A DNA stretch of 64,000 nucleotides from Thermoanaerobaculaceae bacterium (GCA_963778565.1 CAVZUZ010000012.1:432578-496577); one strand, 5' to 3'. Positions 26,665 to 37,358 are shown, counted from the stretch's first letter. The notes: a model not told the origin generated them from the sequence alone. A program made the numbers and translations.

Positions 26665-28428
26665 CTACATCAGCCGCAGCTCGCGCTTGATCTCGTTGAT
26701 CCGCGCCTGGACCGCCCCGCGGTCCAGGGTACGGAAGCGCTCGGGGAGCAGCTCGCGGCTGGTGGATTCGAGGATGGCGCAGAGGATCTGCATCTCGCGC
26801 TCGCGGGTGTTCGCCGGCGGGATGAAGTCCGTGAACGCCTTCTGCAGGTGCTCCGGCTTCACCTCGGAGGACTCCGCGGCCTCGGCCTCCAGGACGGCGC
26901 GCACCAGCACGGCCTCCAGGTCCGAGCCCGACAGCCCGAGGTATTGGTCCTCGCTGGCGACCTCGGAGATGGAGGACACCGGGGTCTTCAGACCCAGCTT
27001 CTTCAGCATCACGCGGTAGATCTCGTCGTACTCGGCCGCCGTCTCCGGATAGAACAGCGGGATGTGCTCCTCGGCCCGCCCCTGGCGCTTGAGGTCGATA
27101 GGCAGCAGGTCCGGCCGGGCGGTGATGAGGAACCAGAGGATCTTGCCGCGATTGCGGGTATCGCCCATGAAAGCGGCGATCTGGGCGAAGACGCGATTCT
27201 GGGTGCCCGAGTCTCCCTGCTGTTCGCGGTTGCCGAGCGCGGCGTCGGCCTCGTCCACCATCACTCCGACGGGGGTGAGCGAGGCGAGGATCTTCAGGAT
27301 CCGCTCCAGGTTGGCCTCGGTGGCGCCCACCCACATGGAGCGGAAATTCTTGAGCTTGACGCAGGGGAAGCCGATCTCCTTGGCGAAGCATTCGACGAGA
27401 AAGGTCTTGGCGCTCCCCACCGGGCCGCAGATCAGATAGCCCATAGGAACGGCGGCCGGATTGCCCCGGGCGATGGCGCGGGCGGCGCGGCGCAGGCGGT
27501 CCTTGACGGCCGGCATACCGGCCACCATCGAGAGGTCGAACTTGGGCTCGACGTACTCCAGCAACCCCAGGCCCTCGGTCTCGATGACCTCCTTCTTGAC
27601 CCGCCGCACCCGCTCGCGGGTGAGGTGATCGCCGTCGGCGTCCGCGCCGTCCAGAAGCTGACCGATCTGCACCCGGGTCATGCCGGCCGTCAGCTCGGCG
27701 AGGCGGGCCGGCGGCAGGTCCGACTTGGCGGCATACCATTCAGGGGAGCGTACCGCCTCCAGGTAGGTCGCGCGCTCGGCCGGGTCGGGGCGCAAGATCT
27801 CGATCTCCCGCGTGCCATGGGAGCGCACGAGCTTCGGGTCCAGCTCCGCCAGGCCCTCGGTCACCAGAACGATGACGATGTTCTTGGCCAGCAGCACCGG
27901 ATCCTGCGACCACTTGCGGAGGTAGACCAGGACGGCGCGGTCCTCGGGCGTGCGGTAGGCGACCTCGGCCGCGGGAACGATGGTCTCGGCGAAGGGGAGC
28001 AGCAGCGCCACCGGCCGGGCGGGCTGGAGCGAGGCGCAGTGACGGAAATACGAGTCGAGCAGGGCGAAACAGTTGCCCGCGTCGCGCGGCAGGCCGTCCG
28101 CCCAGGTCGTGCCGTGGACGGCGTCGTAACCCCGCAGCTTCTCCTGGAAGTGGCTGCGCGCCGCCGGGTTGGCGAAGCCCAACCCCTCGGCGCGGTTGTA
28201 GGTGACGATCGACGGCCAGCCGGCAAAGAGCTGCTGCACCAGGAAGTCGTCGAGCGACAGGAAGCGCAGGCCGGCGGAGCTGCGGACGGGCACCAGGTCC
28301 GCCGGCACTCCGTGCAGGACGAAGGTGTTCGACTGCTTGGCGCTGACGGCGCGGACCAGATCCGAAGCCCACGGCGGGAGCGATTCGAGAAACACGGCCG
28401 GTGAAGGCGTAACGGCGGCTTCGGGCAT
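26665..28428 (-). CDS. Tandem-AAA+ ATPase of the classic clade (Cdc48/Vps4-like), with a degenerate N-terminal AAA module and an active C-terminal module
   Basis: D2 has Walker A GYLICGPVGSAKT (GPxGxAKT variant), Walker B VGVMVDEADAA and a second region of homology ITARPDLLPIDLKRQGRAEEHIPL. D1 is P-loop-less (TFVLHGVPADL, ALLLPFAE, IVLVTEG). Confidence 0.85.
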   Translation of the reverse strand: MPEAAVTPSPAVFLESLPPWASDLVRAVSAKQSNTFVLHGVPADLVPVRSSAGLRFLSLDDFLVQQLFAGWPSIVTYNRAEGLGFANPAARSHFQEKLRGYDAVHGTTWADGLPRDAGNCFALLDSYFRHCASLQPARPVALLLPFAETIVPAAEVAYRTPEDRAVLVYLRKWSQDPVLLAKNIVIVLVTEGLAELDPKLVRSHGTREIEILRPDPAERATYLEAVRSPEWYAAKSDLPPARLAELTAGMTRVQIGQLLDGADADGDHLTRERVRRVKKEVIETEGLGLLEYVEPKFDLSMVAGMPAVKDRLRRAARAIARGNPAAVPMGYLICGPVGSAKTFLVECFAKEIGFPCVKLKNFRSMWVGATEANLERILKILASLTPVGVMVDEADAALGNREQQGDSGTQNRVFAQIAAFMGDTRNRGKILWFLITARPDLLPIDLKRQGRAEEHIPLFYPETAAEYDEIYRVMLKKLGLKTPVSSISEVASEDQYLGLSGSDLEAVLVRAVLEAEAAESSEVKPEHLQKAFTDFIPPANTREREMQILCAILESTSRELLPERFRTLDRGAVQARINEIKRELRLM

Positions 28429-28467
28429 GGTGGAGCCTATTATCCTCTACTTTGTCAGCCCTCCGCC

Positions 28468-28584
28468 GGCCGCCCGGGGCTCCCGCCCTGGGCTATCGAG
28501 ACGTCGCCCGGAGGGCGAGGGGTCGGAGCCTCGCTTCGGAGAAGCGACGTTTCGGTAGCCCGCGGCGGGAGCCTCGGGCGGGGA
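28468..28584. repeat. Type C palindromic repeat (arms CGCCCGG.GCT.CCGC.CTGGGCTATCGAGACGTCGC / inverse), copy 1
   Basis: It is an inverted repeat between the pspA stop and the AAA+ start. Related copies lie at 50879..50976 and 56355..56450. Confidence 0.8.
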
Positions 28585-28600
28585 TGGCGCGGACCGGCGT

Positions 28601-29359
28601 TTACCCCGCTTCCGGCAGCTTCTGCGGCGTGGCCGCGGCGGTGGACTGGGTGGGGAACGGCGCGGCTTCCTTGACGGCGTCCGGCTTCTTCAGCCCCATC
28701 TCCACTTCGAACTCGGAGAGCACGCTCTGCGCCTGGAGCTGGCGGGCTTTGCGCTCGGTCTTGATGCGCTCGACGTCGAGCCCGCCGGTCGCCACCTCGA
28801 CCGCGGCCTTGGCCTCGGCGGAGCGCTGCTTGATCTCCTCCAGGTACTTGTCGTTCGTCGCGCCGACGCCGTAGGTGTCGAGCTCGGCCAGGGCCGAGGC
28901 GGCCTGCTTCATGACCACGGCCTTCTTCGATTCCTGGATGGCCTTGCGGCTCTGGTCGATCTTCATCCGCAGCTTCTGCTTGAGATCCTCGACCGTGATC
29001 TGGGCGTTCTGGAAGGCGTTCGAGGCCGCCGTGAGCTGCTCGTTGGTGGCCGCCAGGTCCTGGCGCACCTGCTGCAAGGTGGCGGCGTCGTCCTCGGCGA
29101 TGCGGCGCGCCTCGGGGCTCCCCTCGGTCAGAGCGGCCTTGATCGAGGAGGTGAGCTGACGCTCCTTGCGCTCCAGCTCCTCCTTCTCCTGCTCCAGCCG
29201 GATGACCGTGGCGCGGGTGGTGACGAGGATCTGGTTGAGCTTGGGCAGCGTGTTGCGCATCTCCTCGATGGACTCCTGGAGCATCACCTCCGGATCCTCC
29301 GCGAAGGAGATGAAGTAGCCGATCCACGACTTGATGAGACGGGCGAGGCGCTGGAACAT
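28601..29359 (-). CDS. pspA: PspA/IM30 (Vipp1) family protein
   Basis: MFQRLARLIKSWIGYFISFAEDPEVMLQESIEEMRNTLPKLNQ.. followed by long coiled-coil heptads is the canonical PspA/IM30 N-terminus. GGAGAGGAG SD is present. Confidence 0.9.
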   Translation of the reverse strand: MFQRLARLIKSWIGYFISFAEDPEVMLQESIEEMRNTLPKLNQILVTTRATVIRLEQEKEELERKERQLTSSIKAALTEGSPEARRIAEDDAATLQQVRQDLAATNEQLTAASNAFQNAQITVEDLKQKLRMKIDQSRKAIQESKKAVVMKQAASALAELDTYGVGATNDKYLEEIKQRSAEAKAAVEVATGGLDVERIKTERKARQLQAQSVLSEFEVEMGLKKPDAVKEAAPFPTQSTAAATPQKLPEAG

Positions 29360-29404
29360 AGTGGTCTCCTCTCCGAACGATCCGCGCTCGGGGCGGTCGA
29401 TCGG

Positions 29405-30143
29405 TTATCTCTCGGGCTCCTCCGGCGGCGCCGCGGCAGGCGCAGGCGGGCGGGACGCTTCCGCGGTCGAGATGGGGTTCTCCTCGACGAACGGGTTGAC
29501 GGCATCGAACAGCTTGCGCTCCTCGGCACGCTTGAGCACCAGCCAGCGCGAGAGCCGCGCCTGCTCCGTCTCCGCGGCGATGCGGTTGGCCTCCATCTTC
29601 TCGCGGTTGCGGCGGATGACGTCGTCGATCTCCGCTTGGAGCTGGGCGTTTTCCTTGTCGATGTGGTCGGAGCGCTCCGCCAGCTTCTTGCGCAGGAATT
29701 CCTCGAACCGGTCGAGCGCCTGGTCGCGGCGGACGGCGTCCTGGACGATGTCGGTGATCGGCACCGGCCCCGTGGGATTCATGTTCAGGAACCCGGTAAG
29801 GGCCGCCGCCTTGGCGCGGGAGTCCAGGGCGGCGAACCCCGGAGACGAGAAGATCTCCAGCACCTTGTAGGCGCTGTAGCCATGCGCCGGATTGGCGACT
29901 CCGGCGGCCCGGAAAACTGCCGGGAAGTCCGGGATCTCGTCGCTCTCGCCGCCTCCTGTTTCGGCAGCGAGCTTCCTCTCGTCGATCGCCGGCGTCTCGG
30001 GCATCGTCCCAAGCAGCTCGCGGATGTCGGTCGGCGATCCCGAGAGAGGCGGCTTGCCGGCATCGGAGGCTCGAGATGGTAGGCATCTCCTCGGGCGTCA
30101 GCTCCACGATCTTCATCTTACTGAGGACTTCCTTGAGACCCAT
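29405..30143 (-). CDS. Hypothetical coiled-coil protein, first gene of the pspA/AAA+ operon. The frame is broken near 30070.
   Basis: AGGAAAGG SD precedes the ATG at 30143 (MGLKEVLSKMKIVELTPEEMPTI..). It continues in ORF 29405..30004 (..DIRELLGTMPETPAIDERKL...coiled coil...). No family was recognised. Confidence 0.6.
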
Positions 30144-30183
30144 GGCCTTTCCTCGCCGTGTTGCGCAGTAAGTGACCGGCCGA

Positions 30184-30212
30184 AGCGTATGGCCGGGGCA
30201 CAGGGGTGTCAA
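30184..30212 (-). promoter_or_regulatory. Candidate sigma-70 promoter for the hypothetical-pspA-AAA+ operon
   Basis: The minus strand reads TTGACA (30212..30207), 17 nt, then TACGCT (30189..30184), about 40 nt upstream of the ATG at 30143. Confidence 0.4.
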
Positions 30213-30260
30213 GGAGCGCCCCGGCTTCCTGCAGTGTACGCAGGCTGGCCGGAAGGGTTG

Positions 30261-30482
30261 CTAAACCTCGTAGACCGGCCGGCGGACGGGCCGCGGCAGA
30301 GGCAGGAGATTCGACACGGCCACCAGCGATTCGGCCAGGGGATTGAGCTCCGCCATCTCGCGCGGCGTGAGCGGCCGGATGCTCAGGATACGGCGAGGCA
30401 GGCGCGCCGTCGTGGGATCGCACCCGCGCTCGAGGAACGCTGCGAGGAGCCAGCGGCCGAGGGTCCGGCGGGCCGTGTTCAC
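30261..30482 (-). CDS. Possible small protein (73 aa) translationally coupled to the glycosyltransferase gene
   Basis: The GTG start overlaps the upstream stop (GTGA at 30479..30482). No motif was seen. It could be a chance ORF in GC-rich DNA. Confidence 0.3.
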   Translation of the reverse strand: MNTARRTLGRWLLAAFLERGCDPTTARLPRRILSIRPLTPREMAELNPLAESLVAVSNLLPLPRPVRRPVYEV

Positions 30483-31930
30483 GGCGGGTATTCTACCCTG
30501 ACGTAGACCACCGTCGGCTCCCGGGGCCGCAGCAGGAACTCCCGCCGCTGATAACGCTGACGCAGTAGGGGCCGCAGACGGTCCTCCAACCTACGCTCAA
30601 CGATCAGCACATCGCCGTCCGGATGGGGCGGAATCTCAGAGAGATATTCCATTCCGGGAAAATCGCGGAAATACCAGGGGAGCGGCCAAGCGTGCCGGCC
30701 GAGGATCCGGATGGAAGGCGCTTCGTTCCCAGGCGTTCGCATCGCCGCCTCCCGCACGCACGCAACCAGGGCGTCCACGTCCCGATGTGTGGGCACGTAG
30801 ACCAGGGCCAGGCGGTCGTCGTCGAAGCGCCGGAAGGAGACCTCGGCGGCGCGCCAGGCGGTCCAGGCGAGCCCCAAGGCGAAGGCGCCGGCCAGGGCCG
30901 TGCGCAGAGCCCGCGAGCCCGTGCGGCTGAAGGCCTCCCGGAACAGCACACCGCCCGCGAGCGCGGCGGGCAGGAGAAAGTTGAGCGCCAGCCAGGGAGT
31001 CTTGTAACGAAGGAGGGAGTACGCGAGCAGCTCGCCGGCGGCCCAGAGCGCGCAGAAGGTGCCGAAAGCTTCCCGCCGCCGCACGGCGAGCCATCCGCCC
31101 GCGACGGCACAGACCAGGGTCAGGGGCTCGAAGGAGAACAGGAGCCGCGGAAAGTAGTCCCACGGCTTGCCGTGTCCTGCGCCTTCCAGCCCCTTGCCGG
31201 CCCAGACGAAAAACGTCCGAAAAGAATCGGGCAGCCCCTGGGGGTTGGTGAAGAAAGAGGTGTAGAGGAGGACATAGGGGATCGCGAACGCGGCGAAGAC
31301 ACGAAGGGTCGCCGCCTGCCGCAGGTCCCTCCACAGCTCTCCGAGACGAGGGAGCCCTCGGATCCGGAGCAGCGTCAGGAAACCCGCCATTCCCAGAATG
31401 GCCAGGGTCAGCGCGTACGTCTCCTTCACCGTGGCCAGCAGTCCCAAGCAGAAGGCTGCGAGGACCAGGCTCCCCTGCCGGCGGGTCTCGAGCCAGACCG
31501 AGACCGCCGCCACCAGCGCCAGCGTGAGGAGGGCGAGGAAGGTCTCGGGGATGAGATCCCGGCCGTAAGCAACGAAGGAAGGGGAAAGCGCCAGCAGCCA
31601 GGCGGCGGCGGTGATCCCCGCCATTCCCAGCCGGCGCCGCAGCGGCAGCAGCGCCGGGATCATCAGGGCGGAGGCCAGGGCCACCGGCAGCCGCAGGATG
31701 AAAACGCTCTCCCCCAGCAGCCCTACGAACGGCGCCGTCAGGAAGATCGGGAAAGGACCGTGAAAGCGCGCGGGGTCGTAGGCGAACCGGTACCCCGCGA
31801 GCAGTCTGGAGAGAGTCCAGGCGGCCACTCCCTCGTCGTGGTGGAGCGGCCTGACGTCGAGAAACGCCAGCCGGAGCCCCAGGGCGGCGGCGAAGGCCGC
31901 CCAGAACGGCAGCCAGCGAAAAGCCCTCAC
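30479..31930 (-). CDS. GT39/ArnT-like polytopic glycosyltransferase (TIGR03663-like)
   Basis: LHHDEGV near the N-terminus (a DE motif in the first loop), about 11 TM segments and a C-terminal soluble tail match the ArnT/PMT-like architecture. The GTG start lies inside a type B repeat. Confidence 0.7.
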   Translation of the reverse strand: MRAFRWLPFWAAFAAALGLRLAFLDVRPLHHDEGVAAWTLSRLLAGYRFAYDPARFHGPFPIFLTAPFVGLLGESVFILRLPVALASALMIPALLPLRRRLGMAGITAAAWLLALSPSFVAYGRDLIPETFLALLTLALVAAVSVWLETRRQGSLVLAAFCLGLLATVKETYALTLAILGMAGFLTLLRIRGLPRLGELWRDLRQAATLRVFAAFAIPYVLLYTSFFTNPQGLPDSFRTFFVWAGKGLEGAGHGKPWDYFPRLLFSFEPLTLVCAVAGGWLAVRRREAFGTFCALWAAGELLAYSLLRYKTPWLALNFLLPAALAGGVLFREAFSRTGSRALRTALAGAFALGLAWTAWRAAEVSFRRFDDDRLALVYVPTHRDVDALVACVREAAMRTPGNEAPSIRILGRHAWPLPWYFRDFPGMEYLSEIPPHPDGDVLIVERRLEDRLRPLLRQRYQRREFLLRPREPTVVYVRVEYPP

Positions 31931-32077
31931 TCCCCCAACCCCCTCTCTCCCGCCCCCTCCCTTCCCCCCTCACCGGGAGAGAGGGGGCTAGAAGAAGAGT
32001 CTCTTTGCTGTTCTCCCTCCTCTCCCGGTGAGGGGGGAAGGGAGGGGGCGGGAGAGGAGGGCCGGGGAGGTGAGGGC
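31923..32077. repeat. Type B palindromic repeat, copy 3
   Basis: GCCCTCACTCCCCCAACCCCCTCTCTCCCGCCCCCTCCCTTCCCCCCTCACCGGGAGAG... and its inverse. It lies between the msrA stop and the glycosyltransferase start. Confidence 0.85.
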
Positions 32078-32078
32078 C

Positions 32079-32549
32079 TCAAATGTGGCAGCTCGCCTGC
32101 CCGCGCTTCTCCAGGTACTGCTGATGGTACTCCTCGGCCCGCCAGAACTCGATGGCGGGCTCGATCTGGGTCACGATGGGGCGCCGAAAACGCCCGCTCT
32201 GTTCCAGCCGCTCCTTCGAGGCGCGGGCGGCGGCCTCCTGCTCCGGGGTGTGAAAGAAGATGGCAGACCGGTACTGCGTACCGACGTCCGGCCCCTGCCG
32301 GTTGAGCGCCGTCGGATCGTGGTTCTCCCAGAAGACGTTGAGCAGGTCGTCGTAGGCGACGACCGCGGGGTCATACTCCACCTGCACGACCTCCGCGTGG
32401 CCGGTCGTATCCGAGCAAACATCACGGTAGGTGGGATTCTTCAGTTGCCCACCCGAGTATCCGACGGCGGTCGCCGTGACGCCCTTGACGCGGCGGAACT
32501 CCGCCTCCACCCCCCAGAAGCAACCCGCTCCAAACGTGGCGATGGCCAT
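32079..32549 (-). CDS. msrA: Peptide-methionine (S)-S-oxide reductase MsrA
   Basis: GAGCFWGVE active site, [32 protein letters not shown] and YHQQYL. GGGAG SD favours the ATG at 32549 (an alternative lies at 32555). Confidence 0.95.
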   Translation of the reverse strand: MAIATFGAGCFWGVEAEFRRVKGVTATAVGYSGGQLKNPTYRDVCSDTTGHAEVVQVEYDPAVVAYDDLLNVFWENHDPTALNRQGPDVGTQYRSAIFFHTPEQEAAARASKERLEQSGRFRRPIVTQIEPAIEFWRAEEYHQQYLEKRGQASCHI

Positions 32550-32654
32550 ATGCATTCTCCCTTTCTCGGATGAGAAGTCTACGCTCCTCGTCCGCCTACA
32601 ACAGCGCTCCCTCGGGACATTGTTTCAGCCTGGGTTTCACCAGAGGAAGATGGA

Positions 32655-32689
32655 CATGAAAAGGAGGGATCCGTTCCTGCGATCCCTCC
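32655..32689 (-). terminator. Rho-independent terminator candidate
   Basis: A 9-bp stem GGAGGGATC / GATCCCTCC (32663..32671 and 32681..32689) with a 9-nt loop is followed on the minus strand by TTTT (32659..32662). It lies 26 nt after the stop at 32715. Confidence 0.55.
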
Positions 32690-32714
32690 CTCCATCAACG
32701 ATGCCGCGGAGGCG

Positions 32715-32947
32715 CTAAGGGCAGGTCGCGAAAGCGGCGGTGTCGGTGACGGCCGGGGCCGGCGGTCCAGGGTAGTTGAAGTAGACCTTGTTGGACGGAC
32801 CTAGGATATCGAACACCTCCACCCGGTAGAACACGTTCGTGGTCGCCGCCAGGCGCCAAACGGCTGCGCCTGGACGGCCTGGGGCAGTGCCGCCAAGGCC
32901 AGGCCCAGCAGCAAGACTCCGCCGAGGCGTCCATTTTTTGACACTCG
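32715..32947 (-). CDS. Small secreted protein (about 75 aa). The frame is apparently broken after the signal peptide.
   Basis: In one frame, a GTG-initiated VSKNGRLGGVLLLGLALAALPQAVQA signal peptide. In the adjacent frame, ..WRLAATTNVFYRVEVFDILGPSNKVYFNYPGPPAPAVTDTAAFATCP*. It is followed by a terminator hairpin. Confidence 0.4.
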
Positions 32948-32967
32948 ACGATCCGCTCTCCCTCCAC

Positions 32968-34289
32968 CTACGCTCGCGCAGGCACGGCGGCCGAGGCACC
33001 GCGATAGACCGCCAGGTAGGCCTCCAGCGCCTCCAGGGCCAGCCGGTCGGCGGGGGTGTTGACGACGCGGATGCCGCCGCGGCGCAGATGGCGGGCGAGG
33101 CGGCGGTTGGCGAGCTGAATCTCCAGGCTCGCCACCTGGGCGAAGGCCTGAGGCGGGCTCTCGGGCTCGGCAGAGGCGAGCCGCCGCAGCTCGGGATCCT
33201 CGAGGTTCAGCAGCAGCGCCCGGTGGCGCCGGCCGAGGCGCAGCAGCGACTCGCGCAGCAGCTCGGCGGCGGCGAGGTCGACCACCGAGGTGAAGAGCAC
33301 GGCGGTGGCGCTGCGCGATTCGACGCCGAAGGCGGCCTCGGCCGCGAGGTCGTAGGCCGGCTCGGCGAGTTGGGCCTCGACGTCGTAGAGCGCCTCGTAG
33401 GCGAGCTCGCCCCGCGGCCGCCGGAGCGGACCCGCACGGTGCGCAGCACGCGGTCGGCGAAGGCCACGATCGTCACCTGGTCGCCGCGCGCCGCCGCCAC
33501 GCGGGTGAGGGCGAGCGTCGCTGCCACGGCGTAGTCGAGCTTGCTGCGGCGCCCGTCCATGGAGGCCATGGCGCGGGCGCAGTCGAGGAGGACGATCAGC
33601 CGGCCGCTACGCTCCCAGGTCTCCTCGCGGCTCACCGGCCGGCCGTGGCGGGCGGTCGCCTTCCAGTGGATCTTGGCGAGAGGATCGCCCGGCAGGTATT
33701 CGCGCAAGGCGTAGGGCTCGCTGCCGACGCCGTGCACCCGCAGCGGGATCTGTCCCATGCGGCGGCGCTGAGCGAGGGAGAGGAGCTGTCCGACGCGCCC
33801 GTCCCACCGCACCTGCGGATAGACGCGCACCGGCTCGCCCGGCAGCAGATCCCGCTGCGCCCAGGCGAGCTCCCACGGCCCCAGGACGCGGACGGTCAAG
33901 GGCCCTGCCAGGTGCTCGCCGCGGCGGCGCGGCGTCATCGGCCAGGTCCAGCGAACCTCTCCGGGACCGCGGATCTCAACCCTTCGCCGTAGCGGACCTT
34001 CCGCCAAAGCAGGATGCAAGCCCTCCCGCAGCAACACCGAGACCCGGCGGGGAGCCTCCGTCGCGATCTTCACCGCCATCTCGGCGGGAGCTTCCTGCAC
34101 CAGCAGCAGCGGCCAGCTCCGGGACGCCGACAGGGAAGTACGGGCGGCGCGCCGGAAGTCCACCAGCACCGCCGCGGCCAGGGCCAGATCCAGCGCCAGC
34201 GCAGCCCACGCCAGACGTGAATCGAGGAAGGACGCGACCAGCAGCAGGGTGATCAGCCCCAGGAGCTGGAAACAGCGAGCAGCCGGCAT
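32968..34289 (-). CDS. DUF58 (vWA-like) protein of the MoxR operon. The frame is broken near 33430.
   Basis: ..GSEPYALREYLPGDPLAKIHWKATARHGRPVSREETWERSGRLIVLLDCARAM.. is a DUF58 signature. It continues in ORF 32968..33300 (..LFTSVVDLAAAELL..). Confidence 0.85.
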
Positions 34290-34321
34290 GGCTACCTCTG
34301 AAACGGCCGCCTTGCCGGCAT

Positions 34322-34413
34322 GACCTCACCCCCAGCCCCTCTCCTGAAGGAGAGGGGAGAAAGACCTCCCTCTTCAAGCCCCTCTCCTTCAGGAGAGGGG
34401 TTGGGGTGAGGTC
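34322..34413. repeat. Type A palindromic repeat (GACCTCACCCC..CCCCTCTCCTGAAGGAGAGGGG...inverse), copy 1
   Basis: Nested hairpins between the MoxR stop and the DUF58 start. Confidence 0.85.
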
Positions 34414-34464
34414 GCGCGGGAAAGACCGACCGAGGATCGCAATTCAGTTGGCACATCTCCGGCC

Positions 34465-35442
<978 letters not shown>

Positions 35443-35474
35443 ACATCGGTCTCCTGTTCATTCAGACGCCTGTG

Positions 35475-35581
35475 CCGGCTCGACCTCACCCCCTGACCCC
35501 TTCTCCTAAAGGAGAGGGGGAACAAGAGCCGCCGTAAAGCCCCTCTCCTTTAGGAGAGGGGTTGGGGTGAGGTCGAGCCGG
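35475..35581. repeat. Type A palindromic repeat, copy 2
   Basis: CCGGCTCGACCTCACCCCCTGACCCCTTCTCCTAAAGGAGAGGGG... and its inverse. It lies between the DUF4350 stop and the MoxR start. Confidence 0.85.
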
Positions 35582-35589
35582 CAACGATG

Positions 35590-36684
35590 TCACTCCGGCC
35601 GCCCCACCCGCAATCGTGCCACCTCCCGCGCCAGCTCGACCAGCTCGCGAGGGCCGGCCTTGCCGGCGCGGCGGTCGAGCTCCTGAGGCAGGACGGCATG
35701 GCGGTCGAGCTCCCGCACGCGCTCGAGCAGCCGCCGCGCGGCCTCGCGATGGTGGCCCAGCCGGTGGTGAAGGCTCCCCAGCCCAAGCAGGAAAGCGCCG
35801 GCCGATCCGGTGGTCACCGGCGGCTCGTTCCAGGCCGGTCCGAACCGCCGCGAAAGCGTCAGCAGCGCGACCAGGTACAACACGGCGAGATGGAGGAGGA
35901 TGAGGTCCAGGGTCCGTCCGAAGGCGTCGGTCTCCACGGTCTGCTCGGCGATCAGTCCGTGGTGGTATTCGTCGAACGTCCACCTGTTTCCCAGCCGGCG
36001 AAGCAGGGTCTCCAGCAGGGCCGCGTTGCCGGGATGCTCCAGCCGGGCGTTGGCGAGGGCGTCCACCGGTAGGAGCCAGACCTGGCCGCGATGGGACCGG
36101 AAGCGCTCCAGCACCACGATGGCCGGCGCGCCCCCCGGGAACCGGAAGAGCACCCTGGAATTCTCCGGCAGCTCCGGAACCCAGCGAGGAGCCCACACGC
36201 GGACCGGCGCGGCCGCCACGCCCCGGCCGGGTCCGAGGTCCCACTCTTCACGGGCGAACCGCCGCCAGCGGAAGGGGTCGAGGACGGCCTTGCGCTTCTC
36301 CGCCAGGGGCAGACCCAGTCCCTCCATCGCCACCACCTCGGCCGCGTTGCCGATATCCCCGGAGTAGGCCAGCACCAGATGGCCGCCGCGCCGCAGATGC
36401 GCCTCGAGCTGGTCGGCCGCCTCCGCCGAGAGACCGTGCTGCCAGGGGAAGGTCGAGACCAGCACGCCGCTCTCCTCGAAGCGATCGAGCGGCCGGTCGA
36501 GCAGCGTCACCCGGGCGCCCCGCGCCTCGAGGTAACGCCGGGCCGCGAGCCAGCCGCCCGGGCCCCGGGAGAGCGAGCTGCCGCGGGCCTCCCCACCGCG
36601 ACCGGCCAGCACCGCTCCTCCCAGCAGCAACAGGATGGCCGCCGCAGCGCCCACCCACAGCCGGTTCCGGATCCCGGCCTTCAT
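35590..36684 (-). CDS. DUF4350-like protein of the MoxR operon
   Basis: MKAGIRNRLWVGAAAAILLLLGG (TM), ..GVLVSTFPW.., ..WTFDEYHHG.. and a late TM give a DUF4350-type layout. The ATG is at 36684. The 778-aa ORF-track entry is a composite. Confidence 0.7.
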   Translation of the reverse strand: MKAGIRNRLWVGAAAAILLLLGGAVLAGRGGEARGSSLSRGPGGWLAARRYLEARGARVTLLDRPLDRFEESGVLVSTFPWQHGLSAEAADQLEAHLRRGGHLVLAYSGDIGNAAEVVAMEGLGLPLAEKRKAVLDPFRWRRFAREEWDLGPGRGVAAAPVRVWAPRWVPELPENSRVLFRFPGGAPAIVVLERFRSHRGQVWLLPVDALANARLEHPGNAALLETLLRRLGNRWTFDEYHHGLIAEQTVETDAFGRTLDLILLHLAVLYLVALLTLSRRFGPAWNEPPVTTGSAGAFLLGLGSLHHRLGHHREAARRLLERVRELDRHAVLPQELDRRAGKAGPRELVELAREVARLRVGRPE

Positions 36685-37357
36685 GAGAGGGCCTCCTCCA
36701 GCCGGCCGACCAATCCGCGCAGGTCCTCGACCGCCGGACGCCGCGGGCCATAGGTGAAGGCGTCGAGACGGCGAACGAAGTCCCGCAGGTCCTCCCGCCG
36801 CGATCGCGTCACCAGATCCCGGCTGGTCCAGTCGGCCTCGACCTGGGTGGCGGCGACCGAGCGCGCCAGCCACCACCACAGGGCCTCCAGCGCCTCGGCG
36901 ATCCGCCCTTCGGCCAGGCGGCGCTCCAGCTCCGCGCGCCAGGCGGCGGCGCTCATGGCGGCGGGCGCCAGGCCGAGCCTCGGCGATGTCACCCTCCTTC
37001 TGCTTTGCCTGACGCTTGCGCAACCGGGGGAGGAGAAGCCGGACGAGCAGGAAGGCGGCGAGCCCGGCGAGCGCGACGGCGATAGCCTGGAAGACCGGCC
37101 GTGGCAGGCTGAGCATCCGGCTTCCCCTGGAGATCAGCTCGATGAGCGCGCGCTGAAAGGCCTTGTAGAGCTCGCCGAGATACGAGGTCTCCGGCGGCAC
37201 CGGCGCTCGCTCGACCCCGCTCTCCGCCAGCACGCGCTCGAGCACGGCGCGCTCGGCAGGAACGATCCGTTCTCCGCCCTCAGGCGTGGCGCCCGCCGGC
37301 GACGCCGCCAATGCCGCCAGTGCCGCCAGCGCCAGCAGCAGGAACGCGAGCCGGCGC
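36681..37357 (-). CDS. DUF4129-like membrane protein. The frame is broken near 36990 and the start codon is uncertain.
   Basis: The N-terminal signal/TM (RRRLAFLLLALAALAALAASPAG) and a second TM lie in one frame. The C-terminal ..WRAELERRLAEGRIAEALEALWWWLARS..TSRDLV..FTYGPRRP.. (DUF4129-like) lies in ORF 36681..36992. Confidence 0.6.
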
Positions 37358-37358
37358 C

